Source: Octopus bimaculoides (taxonomy: Eukaryota). Taken from it: a stretch of 64,000 nucleotides of DNA. Shown here in pieces: positions 12,359 through 24,665 of the stretch (its first letter is position 1; every line of letters starts with the position of its first letter). The position numbers and the translations under genes were made by a program. Where the stretch lies: positions 78,869,533 to 78,933,532 of the forward strand of contig NC_068991.1 in assembly GCF_001194135.2 (NCBI RefSeq), in the 5' to 3' direction. Below the pieces are notes generated by a model. It was not told the origin of the DNA. It did not search any database and worked only from the letters and a program-made list of their open reading frames with translations.

Positions 12359-12969
12359 GCACCCTCCTGCCATGTCCTCGATGTACCACTGGATCAAAGG
12401 GTAGAGCAGTCAAGAGGATGTGTAATTCTGCTCACGACTACATGAGCGCCTAAAACAATCAGTAAAAGAAGGAACACGTTAATAAACCCTATTCGTTCGC
12501 GAGTGGCGACTGGCTCTATATAGGACTGTCGACATAGGGAGTCTGTATAATACTATATAATACTATGTATAGAGTGATTGTGTATAGTACAGTGTGATAT
12601 ATCTATAGCGTATTTTTTTTTAAATTAAATACGCTGCTGTTATTTTATTCTCCCTTTTGTTTGTCTCAGTCATTAGAGAACGAAAAAGGAATCAGAAAGA
12701 TGCAAAGGGGGAATTAAAGTGGTTTGCCCCTTTATCGTTTTCCAGTTTTTCAACCTTCTTCCAATTTTTATATCTACTTCTTTCTCGCTTTTCTCTCATC
12801 TTATCCTATTTTTAGTTTGTTATACTATGTGGACAGTGCCTGAAGATTGCGCTGAAACACCAGACGTATTAAAAAATACTGTCTGGCATGCTTTCATCAC
12901 ATGAAACTAATATTATCATATAAAAACATATATNNNNNNNNNNNNNNNNNNNNNNNNNNNNNNNNNNNN

Positions 12970-13001
<32 letters not shown>

Positions 13002-13858
13002 TTGGCACAGTGGCTTAATCTGAAGTTGGCATCGGAACGGTTAGGGGACGAACAGGTGCGACAGGGGATACCAGGTTTAAGAAATCCGCTTAACCATCAC
13101 TCCTGTTTGGTATTTTTCGAGTCATTAAAATCTTTCTATTCGATGACATGATTGGTCCCCGAATTAAAAGCAGTAATGCCATCACGCACCACATGGCTGG
13201 TAATGGAATATCAATCATCTGCCGTTTAGTTGAAGGTCAACGCACTTGTAATCCCACCACCTGCAGATCTGTTGATCAGTTGAGAGATTTGAGGATTTCT
13301 TTAGAAAAAGAGTTTTAAAATAATAATGAAGAAATATTACACATTAATGATCCTTGTTACTTTATAAAATCTAATTTTTACGACAAGTGTGAACTGCAAA
13401 GTCGATACAAACGGAAATGAAATTAGAAAGCTAAAAGAGAAAATTAAATTAGTGTAAAATATTTACTGCAATGCTTGCTGTATAACTTTTACCGCGTTAC
13501 AAGTAATAAATCAACTTTATTAATAGTTCCTCACAGTTTCAGTTTCTTCTTGAATTCAATTTAACTTTATTAATGCTGTTTCTATAACATGAAAATCATA
13601 CTCCACACCTCACGTTTTCTCTCGTTTGAAATACAACACTTCCTGCCAATGCCAAAATTTTCTGCTTCAGTGTTACAATATTTGCAGGGGAGGTATCTAT
13701 CTAATCAATTTAATTATCTGCACAACAAATACCTGAAAATTTATTGATCCCGCCCCCATTTAAGTTGGAAAAGAAAGCAATGTTTGCTTTGACATGGATG
13801 ATATTACAACTGATAATATAGGCCAAAATGCTGTAACTTAAACCTAATGTTATATATA

Positions 13859-13941
<83 letters not shown>

Positions 13942-13954
13942 GAGAATATACAAA

Positions 13955-14100
13955 TAATAACAACAGACGAGGACAGGTGGTGTAAATAACAAAAGTATAT
14001 ATTAGTATGACGCTCGGGAATACGGAAAGTCTTTGACGTTTCGAGCTACGCTCTTCAACAGAAAGAATACGGAGACAAGGAGAAAAACACGGAGAAAAAT
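13955..14100 (-). mobile_element. Short hammerhead-motif repeat, copy 2, within (TA)n
   Basis: Homologous to 6650-6790; (TA)n on both sides (13853-13938 and 14100-14122). Confidence 0.65.
14031..14065 (-). ncRNA. Minimal type I hammerhead-ribozyme-like motif (variant or inactive core)
   Basis: CTTT-CTGTTGA-A-GAG cgtag CTC-GAAA-C-GTC-AAAG: stem I CTTT/AAAG, stem II GAG/CTC, palindromic ACGT stem III, GUC site. A6 of CUGANGA is U. Confidence 0.5.
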
Positions 14101-14515
14101 ATATATATATATATATATATATTCTCTATTCTAAGGAGCCTTGATGCGCTTTTAGCAATCCTATCGTCGTTAACAAATATATTAAAGTGAGGAATTGATA
14201 TATAAACAACGGTTTCTATAACAGGTCGAAGTTAATCGATCACCTATGACCTAGAAAATGTCGTGAATATTGCAAAATATTTTCTTCTTTAAACTCTTCT
14301 TATTTTGTGCTGAAAAAAAAAATAACTAATCGATATTTTTAGTTTGATTATCCTAAGTCAGTTAAATATCTGGGATGACCCACTTTCGTTTCTTGTATCC
14401 AATTCACTCTTCTCAAATTTCGAATGGGAAGCACTGGATAATGAGTGCGCAGCTTAAGGCAAGCCAAATCTTCAATCTAGTTTCGATTCCTTCTTATTTC
14501 CTTTTCATCATGTCG

Positions 14516-14880
14516 AGGTGGCGAACTGGCTGAGTTGTTAGAGCGTCGGACAAAATAGCTCTCAGTATCTGTACGGATGTGAATTCAAATCCCGCCGATA
14601 TCAAATGTGTTCTTAATCCTTTCGAAGTTAACAATCCTGGGAGGCGAAATGGCAGAAGTGTGAGAACAAAGAACCGGATGCCTTAAGATATTTGTTCCAA
14701 TCCCTTGAGTTCTGAGTTCCAATCTTATCGAATTCAAATTTGTCTTTCGGGGTCGATGAACGAAGTAAGGATCCGGAGCGGTGGACTGGCTGAACAATAC
14801 CAAAGTCGGACTGGAAGTTTTGCGGTATTTATTCCAGCTTTTTGCACTCTGAGTTCAAATCCCACTTTGGTTTATTTGTG
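14516..14880 (+). mobile_element. Three tandem decayed SINE family C 5' fragments
   Basis: Starts near 14516, 14641 and 14776; each has a ggcg..tggc head and a gagttc/gaattcaaat B-box-like block. Confidence 0.65.
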
Positions 14881-15033
14881 TGGTAGACTTCACCTGCTGT
14901 CCGTTTTAGCACCCCTACTTGGTTCCTTGGGTGTCTTTAGCAGAAGCCACAGTTTCTGTCGGTTTCGGAGGCCCCGTAAATCGTAAAAGAAGTACAAAAC
15001 CATTTCATAGATCCGCATGAGTGCTAGTGAATA

Positions 15034-15195
15034 ACCCTTTCTACTCAAGGCAGAAGATCTGAAATTTTTGGGGGAGGGGACTAGTCGATTCCATCGACCC
15101 CAGTGTTTCACTAGTACTTAATTTATCGACCCCGAAAGGATAACAGGCAAAGTCGACCTCGGCGGAATTTGAACTCAGAACGTAGCGACAAAGAA
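15034..15195 (-). mobile_element. SINE family C, 3' part
   Basis: atttatcgaccccgaaagga...aaagtcgacctcggcggaatttgaactcagaacgta signature. Confidence 0.85.
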
Positions 15196-15239
15196 ATAAG
15201 AACCCACAATATGGTAGAAGCCATAGCCATTCATAATAA

Positions 15240-15581
15240 AAAGGAATACTGGTAGAATGTACCAGTGAAGACCTCGATAAAATGTAAGCACAACAGACCT
15301 GATACAATGATTGGGATTGTGATGAGAAACTGTGCACAGTTGTGGAAATTAGCTGCCCAGCGGATGTTAACATAAAATTGAAGATCAGTGAAAAAGAGAA
15401 CACCTATGCTGAACTAATGAGAAATCTGCAGTTACTCTATTCAGAACACAAGTTCAGGTTTATACCTGTAATTATTGGGGTCCTGGAATATGGAACACAC
15501 TACCTACATTAGGCTTCTCAAAACTAGGAAGAAGAGAGCTAATTCGAAACTACATATCCAATCCGTTACTGGAACTCGGTT
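15240..15581 (+). mobile_element. RLE-LINE endonuclease fragment (same family as 670-1880)
   Basis: KCKHNRPDTM...EKLCTVVEISCPADVNIKLKISEKENTYAELMRNLQLLY...FIPVIIG; PD-(D/E)xK-type RLE motif. Confidence 0.8.
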
Positions 15582-15925
15582 TGCGTGGATAGATGGACTG
15601 AGGAAACCTTTGGTGGTTAGTGGTGCTGGTGTGAGAGAGTCAAGAGAGTTTATAAATGATAGGAAAGCTTGGAGAGTGTTTGTGGACAGATGAGTGAATT
15701 CTGATGTTGCTCAAAGGGGTACGGAACCAGCATGATGCGGTGGGGGTAAACCAGCATATGCACTCGGGCCCCGCGGCTGATATTGGGGGTCGCGTTCTAT
15801 GCCTTGATCTGAGCATAAAACAGGGCTCACCCCTTTCAGCTGGGAAATGAATGGAATGCTTGATGTGTGTCTTGTGGCTACACACTCTTAAAAAAGAAAT
15901 GGAGAATAGGCCTGGGTGTGTATAT
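15582..15925 (+). mobile_element. RTE-like LINE extreme 3' end and UTR
   Basis: WIDGLRKPL...VRESREFINDRKAWRVFVDR* matches the RTE terminal WxD...DRxxWRxxV motif. Confidence 0.6.
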
Positions 15926-16074
15926 NNNNNNNNNNNNNNNNNNNNNNNNNNNNNNNNNNNNNNNNNNNNNNNNNNNNNNNNNNNNNNNNNNNNNNNNNNN
16001 NNNNNNNNNNNNNNNNNNNNNNNNNNNNNNNNNNNNNNNNNNNNNNNNNNNNNNNNTATAATTACTACCTGCTT

Positions 16075-16281
16075 CAGTTCTATATTTAAGAGATGAGGAA
16101 TTATGTATATTATTTACATTATTTACATTTGACGGATATTTGTCCTCATCTTGTTTGTTGTTAACATAGCGTTTCGGCTGGAGGGTATATCAGCCGAAAT
16201 GTTGTGTTAACAACAAACAAGATGAGGACAAATATCCGTCAAATGTAAATAATGTCAATAATGTAAATAATGTAAATAATG
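16075..16281. mobile_element. Palindromic (fold-back) element with 65-bp stem, bounded by a 12-bp direct repeat
   Basis: Perfect 51-bp arms 16116-16166/16205-16255 plus 14 inner pairs; tactacctgctt at 16063-16074 and 16282-16293; second copy at 42905-43082. Confidence 0.8.
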
Positions 16282-16399
16282 TACTACCTGCTTTTATAGT
16301 AAGTTGATGCAGGTAGTTTATTCCGCGCCCCTCCTGTTCATGCAATTGTTAGTTCAAGCAATTGAAAAAAAAACGCATTATTTATGAGATGACACAATT

Positions 16400-16438
<39 letters not shown>

Positions 16439-16527
16439 ACACACATTTAGATATATAAATGCATACATGCATACACAAAGTCACACACACTCACACACGC
16501 ACCCACATACACTTATGCATACATATA

Positions 16528-16564
<37 letters not shown>

Positions 16565-16731
16565 TTAACAAATCAATTCACACATGGGAAAATGTAAACA
16601 AAGTAATGTTACTCAAATTAATAGAATGCCTGCAGTGAACTCTGAGTATTCCCAATTATATTACATAAAGAGAAAAAAAATCACCACTAAATAAGCAGAT
16701 GTCTGTCTGTCTGTATATACATATACACGTA

Positions 16732-16733
<2 letters not shown>

Positions 16734-16816
<83 letters not shown>

Positions 16817-16835
16817 GTCTATCTATCTATCTATT
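16734..16835. repeat. (CTAT)n microsatellite
   Basis: Direct reading. Confidence 0.95.
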
Positions 16836-17117
16836 GACTGATCGATGCAACATTTGGATGTACACAAATTTATTTTGATGTGGAATTTTTCATATTTTTC
16901 ATTGCTTGTCTTTTTTTATTCCATATATGATTCATTGAATGATTCATCGAATGAAGTTAGCGACATCAACAAATTTTATCATAACTTCAAGTGATTGTTA
17001 CTTGTGAATGTCTGTACATCTGTCATTGCATTTTAGCGAGAATTTACATGGTAGTAACTAGCTGATGCACACGCATACATATGTACATACATACGTACAT
17101 ACATACACACACATATG

Positions 17118-17160
<43 letters not shown>

Positions 17161-17939
17161 NNNNNNNNNNNNNNNNNNNNNNNNNNNNNNNNNNNNNNNN
17201 NNNNNNNNNNNNNNNNNNNNNNNNNNNNNNNNNNNNNNNNNNNNNNNNNNNNNNNNNNNNNNNNNNNNNNNNNNNNNNNNNNNNNNNNNNNNNNNNNNNN
17301 NNNNNNNNNNNNNNNNNNNNNNNNNNNNNNNNNNNNNNNNNNNNNNNNNNNNNNNNNNNNNNNNNNNNNNNNNNNNNNNNNNNNNNNNNNNNNNNNNNNN
17401 NNNNNNNNNNNNNNNNNNNNNNNNNNNNNNNNNNNNNNNNNNNNNNNNNNNNNNNNNNNNNNNNNNNNNNNNNNNNNNNNNNNNNNNNNNNNNNNNNNNN
17501 NNNNNNNNNNNNNNNNNNNNNNNNNNNNNNNNNNNNNNNNNNNNNNNNNNNNNNNNNNNNNNNNNNNNNNNNNNNNNNNNNNNNNNNNNNNNNNNNNNNN
17601 NNNNNNNNNNNNNNNNNNNNNNNNNNNNNNNNNNNNNNNNNNNNNNNNNNNNNNNNNNNNNNNNNNNNNNNNNNNNNNNNNNNNNNNNNNNNNNNNNNNN
17701 NNNNNNNNNNNNNNNNNNNNNNNNNNNNNNNNNNNNNNNNNNNNNNNNNNNNNNNNNNNNNNNNNNNNNNNNNNNNNNNNNNNNNNNNNNNNNNNNNNNN
17801 NNNNNNNNNNNNNNNNNNNNNNNNNNNNNNNNNNNNNNNNNNNNNNNNNNNNNNNNNNNNNNNNNNNNNNNNNNNNNNNNNNNNNNNNNNNNNNNNNNNN
17901 NNNNNNNNNNNNNNNNNNNNNNNNNNNNNNNNTATATGC

Positions 17940-17970
<31 letters not shown>

Positions 17971-18761
17971 CATGTTTAAGCGACACACATACTCAAGAAT
18001 CTCCAGAATATATCGATAGATTTCAGACAACACGGTATCACAGAGAGATCCAACTATATTGTGTGTATTAAAAAAAAATACTCGGGTAAACATAGAAACA
18101 CCTCCCAAATGCATACTGGGAAGTTTGTAATCAATAGACGTAGTCTGTAGTAAAATACAGCGAGGAATCAAGTTATACATTAAATAATTAGCTGACAAGA
18201 ATTCACTATATATGCAAATAAATCTATTGCATTTATTTAAATTCTTAAGGATGAAGTGTTTATAAGTAATGTAGAATTTAAAGAAGGAACTCGGTCGCAG
18301 ATCTAAACGGAATTAAAACCACACAGGCTATCCATTTCCTTTCTCTGAATCAATCAGCCAATCTATCTATCTGACAAGGTGCTTACATATGTCTATTACA
18401 TACAATGGTAGTTAACAGTTCCATGTATAATATATTATGCACATAGACTTAGAGATACATACAGAAACACAAAAATGCACACACATAAAGGCACCTATTC
18501 GTGTGGAGTGTGGTATTGGACTTATATTCGTAACGTTTAGGTTCGATTCACAGAACGGGATGTGCTTTTGTTTTTAGGCAGAGTCCTTTATTTCAAGTTT
18601 TACTGCATCTACTCAGTTCATAAATGAGTTGAATTTCAGTGCTGCTGTCAATCCTTGCTGCCTCTGTCTCTGCATGGGTTACATCCCAGACGGTCGGCAG
18701 GATGAAGGGTGGCAGCCGGTCGGAATAATCTTTTAACAAAAACATCTTTAAATGATTATTC

Positions 18762-18920
18762 CGACCGGCTGCCGAGCAAATGGGAAGCACTAATTGAAGC
18801 AGATGGTGAATATACTCCGGAATAATCATTTAAAGATATTTTTGTTAAATGTTGTTATTGTTTTGGTTCAATAAAATTTATTGACAAAAAGCCGCAATAA
18901 TTATGCACTAACCTAATATA
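18762..18920 (+). mobile_element. Mariner transposon 3' end (transposase C-terminus, TIR, TA)
   Basis: DRLPSKWEALIEADGEYTPE*, then mariner-type TIR ccgcaataattatgcactaacctaata (18892-18918) followed by TA. Confidence 0.8.
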
Positions 18921-19332
18921 TACTCTTTTATACTCTTTTACTCTTTTACTTGTTTCAGGCATTTGACTGCGGCCATGCTGGAGCACCGCCTTTAGTCGAG
19001 GAAATCGACCCCAGGACTTATTCTTTGTAAGCCTAGTACTTATTCTATCGGTCTCTTTTTGCCGAACCGCTAAGTTACGGGGACGTAAACACACCAGCAT
19101 CGGTTGTCAAGTGATGGTGGGGGGACAAACACAGACACACAAACACACATATATATATATACATATATACGACGGGCTTCTTTCAGTTTCCGTCTACCAA
19201 GTCCACTCACAAGGCTTTGGTCGGCCCGAGGCTACAGTAGAAGACACTTACCCAAAGTGCCACGCAGTGGGACTGAACCCGGAACCATGTGGCTGGTAAG
19301 CAAGCTACTTACCACAGAGCCACTCCTGCGCC
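18921..19332 (-). mobile_element. Full-length SINE family A
   Basis: Head ggcgcaggagtggctctgtggtaag, central (TA/CA) microsatellite, 3' body and (aaaagagt)n tail all present. Confidence 0.92.
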
Positions 19333-19427
<95 letters not shown>

Positions 19428-20131
19428 TTGTGTGTATAGTAATTAATAATAATCAGGAGAATGGAGATTTTTCCATATCTATAATTTCATTAAACAGTTA
19501 TTTACAGCATTGTTTTGTGGACCTACTCGCGTTTCAACTGCATCGACTGCACACTCTTGGATGTGCATCTTGGGTTATTGTCGGTTATGTATATATAAGT
19601 ATATATGTACAAATATTTAGGGACACACACACGCACACTCACAAACACACACACATACATACACACACAGCAAACGAAAGTGGCACTCAACAGATTTGGT
19701 GGTAGGAGTTACATAAATTGTTTAATAACACCCTCACGACTTACATTCGTTCTAGGAGCGAGCTTTAAGTTGCATGGATCAGAGTCGAACTGTTATTAAA
19801 TAATATTTGTCTATACACAGTTATGTTTATATGCTTGCATATGTGTATATATATACACAGGTATACAAATACACACGGACACACATACACACACGCGCAT
19901 ACATACACACAAACACACACACGCGCACACACACACACACACACACACACGTATGTATATGCATATATATTCGTGCGAGTCTGCGTCAACCAAAATCGAA
20001 AGAAAATTTGAAAGCATCTATAGAACAGAAAAACATATTCTCTTAATCTTCTACTCGACGGCTTTTAGAATACGAAACGTACATAACAAACCACTACCAC
20101 CACCAATAGCAGCAGCAACAGCAGCAACAAC

Positions 20132-20164
<33 letters not shown>

Positions 20165-20317
20165 TGCAAGATGAGCAGTACCAATATAGGTTACAAGATG
20201 ACTTCCTGTTCATTTTAAATTTTTAAATTTTAAATGAAATTACTTGGCAAAACTATATCCATCCATGCATACATACGTACGTACGTACGTACGTACACAT
20301 ACACACACACAGACACA

Positions 20318-20360
<43 letters not shown>

Positions 20361-20730
20361 CAGTTAAAATTTGGCACACGCCACAGATATTCGCAGAGTG
20401 ATGCCAAAATGAATTTGTTATATTTCATTGTTAAAACTGGGATAACATCTTTTGGAAAGATTCCAACACGAAGATAGTTTTGAATGAAAAAAATAATGTA
20501 AATACCAAAGAAAAGAAAATAAAACAAGGAAGAGAAAAATCACCGTTTTTGTCATATTTTCCGACAAGAAATTATAAATTGACATGATTTATTTTGTCTT
20601 GGTTGTTTCTAAGAATTTTTGTAGTTTCGAGTACTGTTGAAGACAATAATATGTAATGGTCAATGCTAATTAAAAAACAATATTAATATTTATAGTTTTT
20701 TTCCAGCGTTCCTCCCCGCCCACCTAAATA

Positions 20731-20950
20731 ATTGTTTCAAATTTTGACACAGAACCAGCAATTTCACGGGGGTGGGCAATCAGTTAACTACGTCCATTCC
20801 AGTGCTTAGCTGGAACCCATTTTATCGATCCTGAAAAGAATGAAAGTGAAAGCCACATTCAGCAGAATTTGAACTTTGAACGTAAATAGTCAGAAGAGAA
20901 ACCGCTCCGTGTTTTGTACGACCTGCTGACAGTTTTACCAGATGGCCGCC
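20731..20950 (-). mobile_element. SINE family C (decayed)
   Basis: tttatcgatcctgaaaagaatgaaag...gaatttgaact...ccgcc. Confidence 0.75.
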
Positions 20951-21479
20951 CTTTCCCTTAAATATGTATTGCTATAACTGCATCCCTTTGAGCAGTGTCA
21001 CAGTGTCATAGAACGCGGAAAGAAATCTGTGAATGAAGTTAGTATCGGAGATCGACGTTGTAGTAAAAGACCCGGCATTTGTCTTCTTTTAAATAATGAG
21101 TTGTCTTCGGTTGCTGACAATATTTTGAGAGGGGAACTTGAGGCAACTAACTTCCAGCCATCTTTCTCATATATTTCAATATAATGGCCAACAACAACTC
21201 GAGTCATTCTTTGTTTTTTTCTTATTTCTTAAAAACCACGGAAAATCTCATTGAAAGACAGACCAGTTATTAATCGGCTGGGCAATTCTACACCAATATC
21301 TGTTGACTTCGACTAATTCATCGTATTAGCTACCTCCTACGAGAAATAGGGACCAATTTGCCTTAAATGTGACCCTCTTATCTCCTATAAGGAATAAACA
21401 CAGATATTCCATCTGTGTTCGTTAGGGTTGATTTGAGACTAAAATCCAGCAGAAACCGCATTCCTAACCTATTCTGATA

Positions 21480-22030
21480 TCAATTTCTTGTTCTTCGTGC
21501 TTTTACCTTGTACAAGGTACTTACTATGTCTCAACTTGTCTCTAGTGTACAAGCTACACTCTATGTCTACACTATATTTTGACTCAATTTTTTTGCAAAG
21601 GCTACGCCCTCTGTTTCAACTTCCTCTCAAGGGTTTGCAATGGTACATCTTGATTTTTTCCCTTCTACTTGACTCTCTTATTTGAATATTAACAAAAAAA
21701 CTTTCGTTTACTCTTAGTCAAAGTCTCCCGAGGTTATTATTCAAAGTTCATCTGCTATTCTCCCAAACTCACAAAACTCTTCCAGCAACCCGCTAAGGAT
21801 CTATATTGCAATTCACTCCTCGTTGACGTCCTCAGTCAATGTATACAATCTCTTTGACATCATCATTTAATGCATACAATCTCTTTGACATCATCATTTA
21901 ATGCCTACAATCCATCTCGTTTCTCTCGCTGAATGTGCTGGTATAGAAACTTAATACTTGGTTCTTATGGACAAATGTCTGCGTCAATTAATATTCGCCG
22001 CTTTCTCAAATCTTGACCACTTAATCTCCA
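21480..22030 (-). mobile_element. Possible heavily decayed RTE-like LINE fragment containing a 31-bp tandem duplication (21843-21912)
   Basis: The duplication atacaatctctttgacatcatcatttaatgc x2 is certain. The LINE call rests only on weak WKSF..LG and ETLTK motifs. Confidence 0.3.
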
Positions 22031-23124
22031 AATAGATAAATAAATATCAAGTTGAAGAAAAGTTCGTGCGCCGTGTTAAAATAATGCATTTTTATATATG
22101 TTTGTGGTGTGTGCGTTCAATCAGTTCATTATTTTAACACATTGCACGAACTTTTTCCTCAACCTAGTAACTAAATAAAGAAACAAACACGTCTTAAGCG
22201 TTCTCATCTGTTGAGATCTAATATTAAAAGAAAAAAAAAACAATCATTTATGTTTCTTCGCTCTTCAAATCCTTTCATAAACCTTATACGTTTCCTCTTT
22301 TATACCGAAAACTAATTTATTAGACACTTGAACAGTTTATAATCATGACAATTCAACCGCCATCTTTCTACCATGCAACAACTTTCACCGCCAAACTGTA
22401 AAATATTTCAAGACAGTCAATTGGTTGGAATTCCTCCTCTCTACGATGACTACTATTAGTAGTATTACTCTTGAGGTACACCTTCGAATTTCCTATTCGC
22501 TATTTATTGTGCAGAACTAATGTAAAATTTTCTTTTGCACGAGGATAGGGTGAATAATCGGCAATATCTTTTAACCAACCCCCAAAGACGTTAAATGGGT
22601 AAATGGATGATTGGTTGTTGATCTCCATGATGAGCAATCAGATGCTCTACTGAGTGAATCCCTAGTTTTGGGATTAACCTGTAAGCCTGATTATTCTATA
22701 GACATGAGTAAGCTTAACGTAATTCTCAGAGCATAATAACGTAATACAATGTGACAAAGCAGGATCTTTGAAATACACATATAATTCAGAGAGAAAGAGT
22801 TGAAGAGAGATAGAGAGAGTGAGAGAGAGAAAGATAGACAGAATATGTGTGAGAGAAAGAGAGAGTGAGAGAGATAATGTGTGTTTGTGAGAGAGAGAAA
22901 GAGTGAGAGAGAGAATGTGTGTGTATGAGAAAGAGAGAGAGAGCGAGAGAGACAGACAGACAGAGCGAAGATCGACCACGATACCTGACTGGTACCTTAT
23001 TTAGCGAACTCCAAACGGATCGAAGAGAAACATTTAAAGTGAGGCTGCAAAGTGTCAGAACAAGGACGGCAAGATATTCTGTCTGAGGTTCTCGAGCAAA
23101 TCTAACATTGGTTGCTTTAACAAT

Positions 23125-24150
23125 GTTGAATATATAATCTTGGTATAAAGATATTGGAGAGGAGTTAATGCACGTTATATAACATATAATATTGGTGTGA
23201 AAATTTGAGTAGAAGAAACAGAACAATAAAGGAATTATATCCGGCAATCAGCAGACACATTTGTCCAATCCTAGGCAAAATTAAAATCATCAATTTCCTC
23301 ATTATGATTTTATAGCAAAATCCATTCCTGGATTCAAATTACATTGACGCATCCGTCGCAAATAGCTGCAACTTCTTTCTTTTTAAATCCTTCCAAAAAA
23401 ATAAACACTCACAAAGCCCGGTCTGGGAATCGAAACCGCGATCCTATAACTGCAAGTCCGCTGCCCTAACCACTGGGCCATTGCACCTCCACAAATTGCT
23501 AATAAGAGAGGGGGTTCAGTACAATTTATTTAATGTTGGTTTGAAAATATGGGGTAAATTACACAGATTATATAATACATAACCTTGGTATGAAAATATT
23601 AAAAAGGGTTCGATATAACATGTAAGTTTTGTGTAAAAATCTTAGAAAAGGATCTTTATAGATTATTTAATATATAATCTTGGTGGGAGGATGTTAGAGA
23701 GGATTAATATAGATTATATAAAACATAATCGTGACATGGGGTTAATCAATAGAGATTATATAATATATAATCTTGGTCTGAAGATTTTGGAGAGTGATCG
23801 ATACAGAGCATACAATATACAATCTGGCTTTCGGGCCTTGTGCCTAGAGTAGAAACGAATATACAATCTTGCTACGAAGCTATTAGAAAGAGATCAATAA
23901 AAAGTATACGATATAAGTGTGATAAGGGAGTAACCAATACTTATGTTAATAATATATAATCTTGGAAAGAAAACAGAGGGAGAGATCATTACAAATTGCA
24001 TATATAATATTGGGATGACGATTAGGTAGGGTCTATACAGATTATAAAATATATAATTTTGATTTAAAGATATTAGAGTGTGATCAATACATATTATATA
24101 ATATATAATCTTGCTCTAAAAATATCAGAGTTGGATCAATACAGATTATG
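23125..24150. repeat. Diverged minisatellite-like array, unit about 55-60 bp
   Basis: Recurrent core atataatatataatcttgg...gatattagagag.gatcaatacagatt, more than 10 imperfect copies. Confidence 0.7.
23405..23512 (-). mobile_element. SINE family B head (5' fragment)
   Basis: cactcacaaagcccggtctgggaatcgaaaccgcgatcc...gctgccctaaccactgggccattgcacctccac. Confidence 0.85.
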
Positions 24151-24504
24151 ATTAATAGATATTTTCAGCAAGTTTTTCGTTCGATTTACTAGAATACATC
24201 TGTTTTCTAAAACTTGATAGACATTGTTAATACGAAAAAACAAAATTAAAAACAACTGTTCCTTCGATATAATTACAATATTATAGAATATTGTGCGACA
24301 AGGAGTTGGGGAGCAAAAAACCGCAACAGGTGGGTTTCTGTAGCAGTCGTATGTTGTGCACGAAAATATCAATTTATAACCAAACTGAAGAACTTGGTTT
24401 CAATGCTTGAAATAAGGTGAGATCAACGGACGGCACCCAAGAACCAGGTGACGCTAAAACGAATAATTTTAACTTTATTATTCAAGAACAGTTATAGCTG
24501 AAAG

Positions 24505-24665
24505 CAGCTTCCTTACAGTTTCCAGTCATCTAATTTTTCTCACAAGGCTTGGATCGACCAGTGGTGGTGGTAGAAGATACATGATCAAATGACTGCGAAA
24601 CACGAACGAACTCAAAACCGAAAACCACATGGTTGGGGACCATTTCTCTTTACTATATGACTATC
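24505..24665 (-). mobile_element. Decayed SINE family A 5' half
   Basis: ctcacaaggctt...gtagaagatac...aaccacatggttgggg. Confidence 0.6.

Noticed and set aside
12836-12875. CTGAAGA-ttgcgct-GAAAC...GTA hammerhead-like string
   Set aside because: Stem I and stem II do not pair; at best a dead remnant.
22627-22690. Box C/D snoRNA-like ATGATGA...CTGA...CTGA
   Set aside because: No terminal stem, no recognisable C' box and no rRNA-complementary guide that I could identify; such boxes arise by chance in AT-rich DNA.
23125-24150. CRISPR-like repeat-spacer appearance
   Set aside because: Eukaryotic context, degenerate repeats, mutually similar spacers and no cas genes.
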